Shown piece by piece: positions 1 through 8,785 of a stretch of DNA of 64,000 bases. The stretch's first letter is position 1. Each line of letters starts with the position of its first letter. The notes under the pieces are model-generated. The model worked only from the letters and a program-made list of their open reading frames with translations, had not been told where the DNA came from and did no database searches. A program made the position numbers and the translations under genes. Source of the stretch: Sedimentisphaerales bacterium (lineage in GTDB: Bacteria; Planctomycetota; Phycisphaerae; Sedimentisphaerales; Anaerobacaceae); contig DAIOHF010000014.1 in NCBI GenBank assembly GCA_036744855.1, positions 45,287 to 109,286 on the forward strand. Direction: 5' to 3'.

Positions 1-30
1 GCTGGAGCCAAGTTCGACTGGATGAAGCAC

Positions 31-58
31 GGATTTCGAGTTTCGGATTTCGGATTTT
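31..58. repeat. Partial AT-rich TTTCGR-periodic repeat (window-edge copy of the 858-1008 family)
   Basis: GGATTTCGAGTTTCGGATTTCGGATTTT read directly. It has the same TTTCGA/TTTCGG periodic motif as the arms of the 858-1008 palindrome. Confidence 0.35.
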
Positions 59-93
59 CTTGAAGTGAGGATTCAGCCATTCAACCGGAACAC

Positions 94-846
94 TTGAGAC
101 AACTGTTGGAGCAGGTCAAGGGCGGCCATGTCGACGTCGATCAGGCCATGGAGCGTCTGCGCAGCCTGCCGTACGAGGACCTGGGATTTGCGAGGGTGGA
201 TCACCATCGGCAGCTCCGCAAGGGGTTCCCCGAGGTGATCTTCTGCCCCAGCAAGACCACCGAGCAGATCGTCCGCATCTTCGAATCGCTCGCCTCGCGA
301 GGCAACAACGTCCTGGCGACGCGAGCCCGGCCGGAGGCGTTCGAGGCCCTCGTCAAGGCCGGCACGTGCCCAGGCGTTGAATATGACGAGTCAGCCCGCA
401 CGATCACGCTCAGACAGAAGGAGCTCCCCTCGTCCAGGAGCGTGCTGCCGATCGTCACGGCCGGCACCGCGGATCTGCCGGTGGCGATGGAGGCCAAGGT
501 CACCGCCGAGATCATGGGCCAGCGGACGGAGCTCGTCTGCGACGTGGGCGTGGCCGGCCTGCACCGGCTCCTCGGATCGGTGTCCAGGCTCAATGAAGCC
601 AACGTGCTGATCGTCGTGGCCGGCATGGAAGGCGCGCTGGCCAGCGTGGTGGGCGGGCTGGTGAGCTGCCCGGTGATCGCGGTCCCGACGAGCGTCGGGT
701 ACGGAGCCAACTTCCAGGGCGTCTCGGCCCTCCTGACTATGCTCAATAGCTGCGCCTCAGGCGTCACTGTGGTCAACATCGACAATGGCTTCGGTGCCGC
801 GGTCACCGCCACGATGATCAACCGAAAGATCGATGGAGCCGCGTAG
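94..846 (+). CDS. larB: Nickel-pincer cofactor biosynthesis protein LarB (PurE/AIR-carboxylase-like)
   Basis: 250-aa ORF with a TTG start. N-terminal DHHRxxRxGFPEVIF motif. C-terminal PurE-like IVTAGTADLPVA...VVAGMEGALASVVGG...PVIAVPTSVGYG block, typical of the LarB family. Confidence 0.8.
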   Translation: MRQLLEQVKGGHVDVDQAMERLRSLPYEDLGFARVDHHRQLRKGFPEVIFCPSKTTEQIVRIFESLASRGNNVLATRARPEAFEALVKAGTCPGVEYDESARTITLRQKELPSSRSVLPIVTAGTADLPVAMEAKVTAEIMGQRTELVCDVGVAGLHRLLGSVSRLNEANVLIVVAGMEGALASVVGGLVSCPVIAVPTSVGYGANFQGVSALLTMLNSCASGVTVVNIDNGFGAAVTATMINRKIDGAA

Positions 847-857
847 TGCGACAAATG

Positions 858-1008
858 CGAAATCTGAAATACGAAATCCGAAACAAATGCAAATGACCAA
901 AGCTCAAAGTACCAAACGACTCATCCGGCGGGCAGCAGCAGTTTTCGTCATTTGAATTTGGTGCTTTGGATTTGTTTCGAGTTTCGTGCTTCGAATTTCG
1001 AGTTTCGG
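858..1008. repeat. About 150-bp imperfect AT-rich palindrome (CGAAAT/TTTCG periodic arms) in the larB-nnrD spacer
   Basis: The left arm CGAAATCTGAAATACGAAATCCGAAACAAATGC...ACCAAACGAC (858-920) is approximately the reverse complement of the right arm GTCATTTGAATTTGGTGCTTTGGATTTGTTTCGAGTTTCG...TTTCGG (947-1008). The base composition contrasts with the GC-rich flanks. Confidence 0.7.
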
Positions 1009-1017
1009 GAGTGGAGA

Positions 1018-1881
1018 ATGAATGCGATCACTGCGATTCCTGAGCTTCCGCCGCGACCTGTCGAGGGTCACAAGGGCACATTTGGCCGGGTCCTGGTGAT
1101 CGCCGGAAGCGTGGGAATGACCGGAGCCGCGGCCCTGGCGGGCCGGTCGGCGCTGCGGACGGGCTCGGGACTTGTCCGCGTGGCCACGTCTCGAAGCGCC
1201 CTGCCGATCGTCGCGGCCATCGAGCCCTGCTACACCACGATTCCTCTGGCGGAAGATGGCGAAGGACGCGTCTCTGCGAAGGCCCTCCACACGATCCTGG
1301 ACGCGATCCAGGACAATGACGTCGTCGCGATCGGACCGGGCATGGGCCAGAGCGACGGCCTGCGGTCGGTTGTCGAGACACTCGTGCAGCAGGAGGGATT
1401 GCGGCTGCTCATCGACGGCGACGGCCTGAACAACCTGAGCCGTCTGCGGGATTGGCCCAGGAAGTGCAGAGCGCAGATCGTCCTGACGCCGCACCCAGGC
1501 GAGATGAAGAGGCTCTGGACGGGGCTCTTCCGGAAAGAAATGCCCAAGGATCGCCAGGAAACCGCCGGACGAATGGCTCGGGAGACAGGGGCCGTCGTCG
1601 CCCTCAAAGGGGCAGGCACCGTCGTCACCGACGGCCGCCACGTCTACGTGAACCGCACAGGCAATCCCGGCATGGCCACCGCCGGATCGGGCGATGTCCT
1701 GACCGGCGTTGCCGCCGCCCTCTGGGGCCAGGGCCTGAGCCGGCTCGACGCGACCGTCCTCGGGGTCTACGTTCATGGTCTGGCCGGCGATATCGCGTCG
1801 AACCGCTTCGGCCCCATCAGTCTCATGGCCACCGACATCCTCGACGCCCTTCCCGAGGCGTTCAAGACAACCGTCTCTTAG
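1018..1881 (+). CDS. nnrD: ADP-dependent NAD(P)H-hydrate dehydratase (YjeF C-terminal / Nnr2 family)
   Basis: GHKGTFGRVLVIAGSxGMTGAAALAGRSALRTGSGLV and GNPGMATAGSGDVLTG motifs. I start at the ATG at 1018 because the ORF-track N-terminus (952-1017) is a translation of the palindromic repeat. Confidence 0.85.
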   Translation: MNAITAIPELPPRPVEGHKGTFGRVLVIAGSVGMTGAAALAGRSALRTGSGLVRVATSRSALPIVAAIEPCYTTIPLAEDGEGRVSAKALHTILDAIQDNDVVAIGPGMGQSDGLRSVVETLVQQEGLRLLIDGDGLNNLSRLRDWPRKCRAQIVLTPHPGEMKRLWTGLFRKEMPKDRQETAGRMARETGAVVALKGAGTVVTDGRHVYVNRTGNPGMATAGSGDVLTGVAAALWGQGLSRLDATVLGVYVHGLAGDIASNRFGPISLMATDILDALPEAFKTTVS

Positions 1882-2062
1882 CCTCCGCCTGGGCGGGATG
1901 TTCGGTCTCTTGGTCATGACTCGGCTGGACATCGAGTCAACGGTCTGGCTTGCTATCTCCTTGGCAAGACAAGGATTTAGTTGCAGCCCCACATGGACCC
2001 GATATAATGCCTCGCCGTGCATTACTCAACGTTTGGAGAGCCCTGCAAGGAAAGGATATGCT

Positions 2063-3970
2063 ATGTCGGCTCTTGACATCGTCGTATTCGTCGCATTTGT
2101 GGTCTCCGTGGTGACCATCGGCCTGGTCAAGAGCCGGAAGGAGAAGACCGGCGAAGACTACTTCCTCGCGGGTCGAGGCCTGTCCTGGTGGCTGATCGGT
2201 TTCTCCCTCATCGCCGCGAACATCTCGACCGAGCAGTTCGTCGGCATGAGCGGCCAGGCCGCCGACTGGCTGGGCATGGCCATCGCCAGCTATGAATGGA
2301 TGGCGGCCATCACGCTGATCGTCGTGGCCTTTCTATTCCTGCCGACCTTCCTCAAGAGCGGCATCTACACGATCCCCGAATTCCTGGAGTACCGATACAA
2401 CGCCTTCGCGCGGACGATCATGGCGATCTGCACTATGATCATCCTCGTCGGCGTCCCGACCGCCTCCGTCATCTATTCCGGCGCCAAGGTCGTCGGCGTG
2501 TACTTCCAGGGACAGACCATCCTGGGTCTGGACCTTGGCAACATCACCGTCGGCTGCTGGATCATCGGCGTCGCAGCCGCGGTCTACGTTTTCGCGGGCG
2601 GACTGAAGGCCTGCGCCTGGGCCGACCTGATCCAGGGTTCGGCCCTGGTCATCGGAGGCGCGATCGTCATGTTCCTTGCGATGCAGGCCCTGGGCAGCGC
2701 CGACCCGGCCACCCTGGTCTCGACCGCCGCGGATCCCCAGGTCACAGCCGACCAACTCACCAATACCGGCGCCTGGGGGCGGTTCATGGCGCTGAACAAG
2801 GCCCCTCTGCCGGAAGGGAAACTGCACATGGTCCGCCAGCTCTCCGACCCGGCCATCCCGTGGTCGGCGCTGGTCATCGGCCTGTGGATTCCGAATTTCT
2901 TTTATTGGGGCCTCAATCAGTACATCACGCAGCGCACGCTGGGCTCCAAGTCGCTGGCCCAGGGGCAGAAAGGCATCGTCTTTGCCGCGTTCCTGAAGCT
3001 CCTGATCCCGTTCGTGGTGGTCATCCCCGGCATCCTCGCCTTCAACCTGTTCCACAAAGACCTCCAGGCCGAAGCCGCCCGCAAGAACAGAGACACCTTG
3101 GCCGCCTTCGAACAGAAGCAGCAGATGGTCTTCGAGTTCACGCCCTCCTATGCCCAACTGAACGCGGACATCGCCACCGCCATGGCGGCGCACAACGCGA
3201 CCATGGTCCAGGCTCCGCTGGCCGCGCCCGAATCTCTGACCGCAGACGCTCTGGTCGCCAGGAACACCGAGTTCATCGCGGCCGCCAAGACCAAAGGCGT
3301 CAAGATCTCGCAGAAACTGGTCGGACACGATTTCGACGCGGCCTTCCCCACCCTGGTCCGCAACCTCGTATCCAAGCATCACGGCATCCTCGGCTTCGTT
3401 CTGGCGGCGCTGTTCGGCGCGGTGGTCAGCTCCATCGCGGCCATGCTCAACGCAGCCTCCACCATCTTCACCATGGACATCTTCCGCAAGGTGAAAAAGG
3501 ACGCCTCTCAAACCGCCCTGGTCACGTGTGGGCGGATCTGCATCGTGGTCTTCGTGCTCATCGCGATCTCCATCGCACCGAAGCTCGACAGTCCCAAGTT
3601 CGGCGGCATCTTCACCTTCATCCAGGAGTTCCAGGGGTTCATCTCGCCGGGCATTCTGGCCATCTTCCTGTTCGGCCTGTTGATCCACCGCGCCCCTCGT
3701 CACGCGGGAACCGTCGGTCTGATCCTGAACCCGATCCTCTACGGCACGCTGAAGTACGCCGCACCGCAGATCGCGTTCCTCAACCGCATGGCCATCTGCT
3801 TCGGCGTCATCCTGGCCGTCTTGACCGTCATGACGCTGGTCAAGCCGTTGCCCGAGCCGATCGTCCTGCCGATAAATCCCAAAATGGACATGACCACCTC
3901 TCGCGGCGCCAAGCTGGCCGGCGTGGGCGTCGTGATCCTGACGCTGGCGCTCTACGCGATCTTCTGGTGA
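2063..3970 (+). CDS. Sodium:solute symporter family (SGLT-like) transporter with a ~110-aa hydrophilic insert
   Basis: N-terminus DYFLAGRGLSWWLIGFSLIAANISTEQFVGMSGQ is the SSF signature. The protein is multi-pass hydrophobic. ATG at 2063 is preceded by AAGGAAAGGA. The upstream part of the track ORF overlaps nnrD. Confidence 0.85.
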   Translation: MSALDIVVFVAFVVSVVTIGLVKSRKEKTGEDYFLAGRGLSWWLIGFSLIAANISTEQFVGMSGQAADWLGMAIASYEWMAAITLIVVAFLFLPTFLKSGIYTIPEFLEYRYNAFARTIMAICTMIILVGVPTASVIYSGAKVVGVYFQGQTILGLDLGNITVGCWIIGVAAAVYVFAGGLKACAWADLIQGSALVIGGAIVMFLAMQALGSADPATLVSTAADPQVTADQLTNTGAWGRFMALNKAPLPEGKLHMVRQLSDPAIPWSALVIGLWIPNFFYWGLNQYITQRTLGSKSLAQGQKGIVFAAFLKLLIPFVVVIPGILAFNLFHKDLQAEAARKNRDTLAAFEQKQQMVFEFTPSYAQLNADIATAMAAHNATMVQAPLAAPESLTADALVARNTEFIAAAKTKGVKISQKLVGHDFDAAFPTLVRNLVSKHHGILGFVLAALFGAVVSSIAAMLNAASTIFTMDIFRKVKKDASQTALVTCGRICIVVFVLIAISIAPKLDSPKFGGIFTFIQEFQGFISPGILAIFLFGLLIHRAPRHAGTVGLILNPILYGTLKYAAPQIAFLNRMAICFGVILAVLTVMTLVKPLPEPIVLPINPKMDMTTSRGAKLAGVGVVILTLALYAIFW

Positions 3971-4033
3971 TCGCAGGAAAACATCACGTCGGATCGGTCC
4001 ATCGACCGAAGTAACAAGTGCCACTTCACCAAC

Positions 4034-4066
4034 GGCCCTTCAAGAACATCTGAAGGGCCATTTTTT
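4034..4066 (+). terminator. Intrinsic terminator after the symporter gene
   Basis: GGCCCTTCA-(8 nt loop)-TGAAGGGCC followed by A and TTTTTT, 64 nt after the stop codon. Confidence 0.7.
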
Positions 4067-4097
4067 CTTCAATGATCCATTCCAAGGCTAAGTTCGG

Positions 4098-4403
4098 CCA
4101 CAGAGGTCACAGAGGAACACCGAGCGGCCTTCGGCCCCAACCCAAAGAGCAGTAGCCGAAAAAAGCGAAAAAGGGACGAAAGAAGAGGGACCTGCAGAGT
4201 CGCCCGCCTCCTGGTCTTCTTTTTTCGCCTTCTTTCGTTTCTTTCGGCTCACTTCTCCTTCTCTCTTGCGGCTCTCCTTGCCCCGAAGACAAGATGTCGC
4301 GACTTTGCAGTACAGCGCAAGGCGAACGAGTATGATGTCTCACGCGTGAAGTTCGATCTCCAACCGTGCTTCACATTCTCTGTGACCTCTGTGACCTCTG
4401 TGG
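4098..4403. repeat. About 306-bp palindromic element bounded by a perfect 18-bp inverted repeat CCACAGAGGTCACAGAGG
   Basis: 4098-4115 is the exact reverse complement of 4386-4403. The inner purine-rich (GAAAAAAGCGAAAAAGGGACGAAAGAAGAGGGACC) and pyrimidine-rich (GGTCTTCTTTTTTCGCCTTCTTTCGTTTCTTTCGG) arms are also roughly complementary. Confidence 0.75.
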
Positions 4404-4421
4404 CTTCCCTTCTTGGCTTCT

Positions 4422-4593
4422 TATACGGATTCGGATTGATGCGTGCGCGGGTCTTGTCATCCTGAACGCAGCGCAGCGAAGTGAAGGATCTGGCTCGCGA
4501 ACGAGAGAGACCTCTCGTCGTGTGCCCAGGTCCTTCGGCTGTGCCTCAGGACGACAAATCCTCGCCGCGCACGAATCACTCCGAATCCGTATT
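4422..4593. repeat. About 170-bp nested palindromic element (outer arms TATACGGATTCGGATTGATGCGTGCG, inner GTCATCCTGAACG...CCTCAGGACGAC module)
   Basis: Outer arms 4422-4447 and 4568-4593 are near reverse complements. The inner module at 4456-4555 belongs to the same family as 24524-24632. The right arm overlaps the stop codon of the GH28-like gene. Confidence 0.7.
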
Positions 4594-6001
4594 AGTCGCG
4601 GCGGACTCGCGTGACATCCTTCAGCATCAGGGGATTCGCCACTCCCTCGTATCGGGGGAATCGGACGGTGTCGAGCGTCAGATCGTTCACGTCCTCGCAG
4701 ATCATCACCGGCCGCAGGTCGGGCTTCTTGCAGGTCAGGCGGACGTCCTCCAGCGTGAGCCGCTCGACGTTGCGGGCGTAGAAGCCCCAGGCGGGAAGCG
4801 GTCGAGCGTCCACGCCGGGAGACTTGACCTCGCGCGCGACCGCGTCGGCGGCCCCGCCGCCTTCGAACTCGATGTCCACGTCGCGAAAGACCACGTCCTT
4901 GAATGGAGTCTCCGCCCAGCTTTCGACCGAGCAGGCGGCGCGATAGACGCCGGTCGCTGAGGCCCGCGTGACGGTGATCCGCCCCGCGGTGTTGCCCGGC
5001 TTCATCATGAAGTGGAACGGCGTCGTCACGTTCGTCATTGCGACGTCGCTGATGAACACGTCGTCGAGTTCGCCCTTGGTCGCGTCCCACGCCCCCGGCT
5101 GGAGGTTGATGCCCGCCAGCATGTTGTAGCGGTTCGACGTGCGGTGCGGGTGGAGCCCTGGGCCGTAGAACAGGCAGTCGCGGATGATCAGGCGTTTGGC
5201 CGGACCGATCAGGCGGATGCCGTTGCAGGCGGAATTGATGATGCAATCGGAGATGACCGTGTCCTCCCAGTACCGGCCGGCGATGCAGTCGTCGCCCGTG
5301 TAGAACCGGCAGTTGGTGATGCTCACGTCCCGGCACGGACGCTCCGGGGCCCCGCGCCAGTGGACGCCGTCCCAGCCGCCGGTGAACTTGACGTTGCGAA
5401 TGTCTACGTGGTCGCTGATCTGAAAGAAGATCGCGTAGTTGGCGGAGTCCACGAACGACACGTCGCGGACCGTCACGTTCTTGCAGTTGACGAACACGAA
5501 CGTGTGCGGCCCGCGCATCCGCTCTTCGCCCCGAGGGTCGAAGACCTTGTTGCCGTCGATGACGCCCCCGCCGGCGATGCCGATATCCTCCAGCCCCTCG
5601 CCGAGGATCAAGGCCCGATGCCACCTGCCCCACCTCGCCTCCGGCATGAAGTCCGGCACCCTCGGCTGCTGGTACGAATTCGGGTCCGGCGCCCCGACCA
5701 GCACAGCCCCGGGCTCCAGCAGCAGCGTCACACGGCTCTTCAGATGCACGGTAGCCGAAAGATACCGCCCAGGCCCAAACCGCACCTGTCCGCCCCCGGC
5801 CTGGGCGCAAGCCTCCACCGCCTTGTTGATCGCGACAGTATCGAGCGTCTTGCCATCCCCCGCCGCCCCATACTCGCGAACATCGAACACCCCCGCCCCA
5901 GCCGCGATAGCGACACGCGACGCAATGAGCACCGTCGCCACAACGCCCAGCCAACCGCCCATCGAAGAATGCCTCTGGGTCTTCCCGTTTGCTCGAATCA
6001 T
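4592..6001 (-). CDS. Secreted right-handed beta-helix glycoside hydrolase (GH28 / pectate-lyase-fold family)
   Basis: Signal-like N-terminus. FDVREYGAAGDGKTLDTxAINKAVEAC...GGGQVxFPxGxYL start typical of this fold. Repeated beta-helix turns (NCKNVTVRDV, VDIRNVKF, VSITNCRF, VISDCII). Confidence 0.7.
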   Translation of the reverse strand: MIRANGKTQRHSSMGGWLGVVATVLIASRVAIAAGAGVFDVREYGAAGDGKTLDTVAINKAVEACAQAGGGQVRFGPGRYLSATVHLKSRVTLLLEPGAVLVGAPDPNSYQQPRVPDFMPEARWGRWHRALILGEGLEDIGIAGGGVIDGNKVFDPRGEERMRGPHTFVFVNCKNVTVRDVSFVDSANYAIFFQISDHVDIRNVKFTGGWDGVHWRGAPERPCRDVSITNCRFYTGDDCIAGRYWEDTVISDCIINSACNGIRLIGPAKRLIIRDCLFYGPGLHPHRTSNRYNMLAGINLQPGAWDATKGELDDVFISDVAMTNVTTPFHFMMKPGNTAGRITVTRASATGVYRAACSVESWAETPFKDVVFRDVDIEFEGGGAADAVAREVKSPGVDARPLPAWGFYARNVERLTLEDVRLTCKKPDLRPVMICEDVNDLTLDTVRFPRYEGVANPLMLKDVTRVRRD

Positions 6002-6092
6002 AAGATGATCTCCCAGGACAACAGCCCCACAAGCGGCTTAACCACGTTCGGTCTTCAGCAAGTCCGATTCGAACGGCTGGTCAACAAGTACT

Positions 6093-6503
6093 TCACACAC
6101 CCATTGATAGGAACAAGCACTCCAGGGTACAAAAGTTCACACAAGTACAAAGAGAGCCTATCAACATAACCCTGGACATACGCCCATGTCTTCTCCAGAA
6201 CAACAGGAGTGTTGTTGTAGCCATTGCTCCGGACAATGACCAAACAAGTGGCCGTTCAATCGTTCTCAGAGGCTGCGCAAGCACAGAATTCATCATCCAT
6301 CCAATGATTGGTGGAGAAGTAACAAGACCTAGCACCCAGTACACAGGGATAGCCAGCATGAGAGATGCGATTGAAGACACATTGCCAAATTGGTCTCGAG
6401 CATAGCTGTAACACACCGGAGAAAAACGAATGTATGTGACTCCCAGCAACAGGTTCATAAGAAACAATATTGCCGCAATAGCCAGCACTTTCCTCATTTG
6501 CAT
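6093..6503 (-). CDS. Hypothetical small membrane protein (low-GC islet)
   Basis: ORF with about 4 hydrophobic segments, starting MQMRKVLAIAAILFLMNLLLG. The region is clearly more AT-rich than its surroundings. I recognise no family. Confidence 0.3.
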   Translation of the reverse strand: MQMRKVLAIAAILFLMNLLLGVTYIRFSPVCYSYARDQFGNVSSIASLMLAIPVYWVLGLVTSPPIIGWMMNSVLAQPLRTIERPLVWSLSGAMATTTLLLFWRRHGRMSRVMLIGSLCTCVNFCTLECLFLSMGV

Positions 6504-6616
6504 CGCCAACGAAAGCCCACCATCGCCGCGGCAAGGCTCTTCACACCCTTGCCGTCCGGTTAAGGACATGGGTGTCGGTCCTTATGTTTCTTGACGCCCT
6601 TATGACCGAGAAGCTC

Positions 6617-6787
6617 CTAGACGGTACTGATATCATACCCGCTTTTCAGGATTTGTGTGGTGAAGAAATGCGGGAATCGAAAGGTCTTCCTCAAGCGACC
6701 CAAAAGCCGAAGGCTATTCGGAAACACCTCCTCGACTCGCCCGGAGTCTGTCACCGCCGCATTGCCTTGACTGCCTGCCGCCTGCAT
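6617..6787 (-). CDS. Possible 56-aa ORF using the repeat-borne RBS and ATG
   Basis: Its RBS (AAGGGGA) and start codon lie inside the 236-bp repeat and are identical to those of the GNAT gene at 8785. The downstream sequence is unrelated and unrecognised. Confidence 0.2.
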   Translation of the reverse strand: MQAAGSQGNAAVTDSGRVEEVFPNSLRLLGRLRKTFRFPHFFTTQILKSGYDISTV

Positions 6788-7016
6788 CGAGTTCCCCTTC
6801 ACACGTGACCGGGATTCTAGTCCATTCCTGCGGCAGGGTCAATACGAACGACGGAGAATCTCGCGGCGATTGCACGTGACCGCGGCTGCAAGGTGTCGAG
6901 GGCGTCCCGCCCTCGAATCGCGGGCAAGATGCCCGCGACACGGGAGTCGTCCAACGATTGGCGACGCCACACGCAATTGCCCTGCGAGGAATCTCGGGGG
7001 GGTGCCTGGGTGTCTG
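6781..7016. repeat. Copy A of a ~236-bp composite repeat (REP hairpins plus outward RBS/start codon)
   Basis: Near-identical to 8779-9016 by direct reading. Contains hairpins GAGGGCGTCCCGCCCTC (6898-6914) and GCGGGCAAGATGCCCGC (6920-6936). Confidence 0.85.
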
Positions 7017-7319
7017 TGCAGAGTCCCAGGCATGGGAAGTCCCGTGGACGGCACGCCCGAGACGGTCGTGCGAGGGACATTTTGCCGCTTTGCACCAATG
7101 GCATGAAACGATGATTCGTGGCCCGTGACTCGTGATCCGGGCCACCGGTCACGGGTCACCAGCCACGCGTGCGAAGCACGCCCATCATGCTGCTGGCCCA
7201 ATGCGGAGAATGACCGCCGCCCCGCCGCGAAACGCCGCTGCGCGTCACGGCGGCGGAATCCGGATCGGTCCGTCGCTTCCTTGAGCGGACCGTTATCGCG
7301 GACACGCGATTGGCAGGCA

Positions 7320-7928
7320 TCAGGGCTCCTTTGCCTGTTTGCTGACTCCCCGGCCCTCGCACCGCGCGAGGGCCTCGCTCATCGCGTGAACGAGCTTGTC
7401 GGACACAGCCGCCGAGTATCCAAGCGCGCGAGCCTTGCGAAAGGCTTCCTCAGCGGAGGCGACTTCCCCGCGCACCTGGAGAATCACGCCGAGATTGTGC
7501 CATGGGAGCGGAGCCTGCGCGTCGTGTTCCATCGCAGCCCGCAGGTGGTCCTCCGCGGCGTCGAGTTCCCCCAGGCGCATGCGAGCCGCACCGAGGTTCG
7601 TTTGCGTCATCACTGCGATGTCACGCGTGTAGATCCCCCAACTCAGCCAGATCAGCTTTTTCAGCCACGGCCTGGCCGCAAGTTGTTTAAGGAAGCGCGT
7701 GAAGCACGTGATCGATTCGGCTGCTCGATCTTCCGCAAGCAGCCGACGGCCCCGGAAGAAGTCGCGCCAGAAGTAGCCCTGAACCCGTCCGGGAACCAGG
7801 AAGACGCCGGCGGCAAGAACAAGCGTCATGGGATGAACATCGGTCGACAACACGACGATCGCCACTCCGGCACAGAGAGATGAGATCAAGGCTGCGTAGA
7901 AGACCTTGTATCGCGATGTTCTGTTCAT
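7320..7928 (-). CDS. Membrane-anchored TPR-like protein
   Basis: Two N-terminal hydrophobic helices, then TPR-like helical repeats (NLGAARMRLGELDAAEDHLRAAMEHD...WHNLGVILQVRGEVASAEEAFRKA). The ATG overlaps the upstream stop codon (ATGA at 7925-7928). Confidence 0.55.
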   Translation of the reverse strand: MNRTSRYKVFYAALISSLCAGVAIVVLSTDVHPMTLVLAAGVFLVPGRVQGYFWRDFFRGRRLLAEDRAAESITCFTRFLKQLAARPWLKKLIWLSWGIYTRDIAVMTQTNLGAARMRLGELDAAEDHLRAAMEHDAQAPLPWHNLGVILQVRGEVASAEEAFRKARALGYSAAVSDKLVHAMSEALARCEGRGVSKQAKEP

Positions 7929-8785
7929 TGTTCCGTCCCGATGTCTAACGTGAGGGATGAACCGCTCCGGCGAGAACGCCGTCCGCTACGGCCTTGCCGC
8001 AGTTGTGTTCGATCCGGTTGTTCTGCATTCTCACGCATGATGTTCATGAATCTCGTCGCGCTGACCGGACGGTCCGCGATCAGCTTTCCATTGCAGACGA
8101 TGCTGAACATGCCATAGGGCGTCGGAAGCTCCCTTGACGCCTCGGCGCTCGTGACGGGAACCACCTTCGGCTTCAACCCCAGGGCTCGGGCCGCCTGCGA
8201 AATCTCCTGGACCCACTTGGGAACCATCGGGCATTGATCGGCAGCCAGGATCGTCAGGCCCTTCTTGTACTTTCCCGGCAATCGCTCCCTTTGGACGATG
8301 AAACGAGGATCGGGGGCTGCTTTCTTCAGCTTCTTGACGAGCAGTTCATAAGGACCGATGCGGTCCACCGAGACGAAACCCGCTTTGAGGAAGAAGCCGC
8401 TGCCTGCCATGAAGCTGTCCTCGCTGGTCACGACCGCGACCCCTCGGCACTTGCTCTCCTTCGCGTCGCCCAGGCAACTATCCAGAAGGAGGACGCCGAG
8501 CCCTTTGCCCTTGTGCCTGCTGTTGACCATCAGGCAATGGATGACAAGATAACCCTCCGCCTCCACCGGTCTCCAGGCATGGTTGCCCAGGGCATACTCG
8601 ATCATCCCGATATCGCCGAATTCACGCGAGCGGAGCACCTTGAACCTCAAGCCTTCCGCGTAGCGTTCCTTGAGCCAACCAACCTTCCGGCGATGCCCCT
8701 CGCTTCTCCCGGCTTTGTAGCCACAGAAGCCGCAGTCGCTGATATTCCCGGCGTTCGTGTCGATGATCTCGTATTCGCCCTGCAT
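7925..8785 (-). CDS. GNAT-family N-acetyltransferase with YoaP-like C-terminal domain
   Basis: LVIHCLMVNSRHKGKGLGVLLLDSCL...GVAVVTS...GFFLKAGF resembles a GNAT acetyl-CoA site. The C-terminal half (QCPMVPKW...TPYGMFSIVCNGKLI) resembles the YoaP-like domain. I prefer the ATG at 8785 (MQGEYEII). Confidence 0.6.
   Translation of the reverse strand: MQGEYEIIDTNAGNISDCGFCGYKAGRSEGHRRKVGWLKERYAEGLRFKVLRSREFGDIGMIEYALGNHAWRPVEAEGYLVIHCLMVNSRHKGKGLGVLLLDSCLGDAKESKCRGVAVVTSEDSFMAGSGFFLKAGFVSVDRIGPYELLVKKLKKAAPDPRFIVQRERLPGKYKKGLTILAADQCPMVPKWVQEISQAARALGLKPKVVPVTSAEASRELPTPYGMFSIVCNGKLIADRPVSATRFMNIMRENAEQPDRTQLRQGRSGRRSRRSGSSLTLDIGTEQ

Noticed and set aside
952-1017. Longer N-terminus for nnrD (MNLVLWICFEFRASNFEFREWR).
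   Set aside because: It is a translation of the right arm of the 858-1008 palindrome. The conserved NnrD sequence begins after the ATG at 1018.
2333-4024. Long antisense or out-of-frame ORFs: 2296-4014(+), 2333-4024(-), 4371-6032(-), 10419-12305(-), 11329-12516(-), 12598-13902(-), 38205-39953(-), 39545-41368(-), 45659-47983(-), 46920-49460(-), 52920-54848(+), 54957-56384(+) and 56694-58817(+), among others.
   Set aside because: Their Arg/Gly/Pro/Asp-rich low-complexity translations are typical of stop-poor alternative frames in high-GC DNA. Each one overlaps a gene with clear family motifs.
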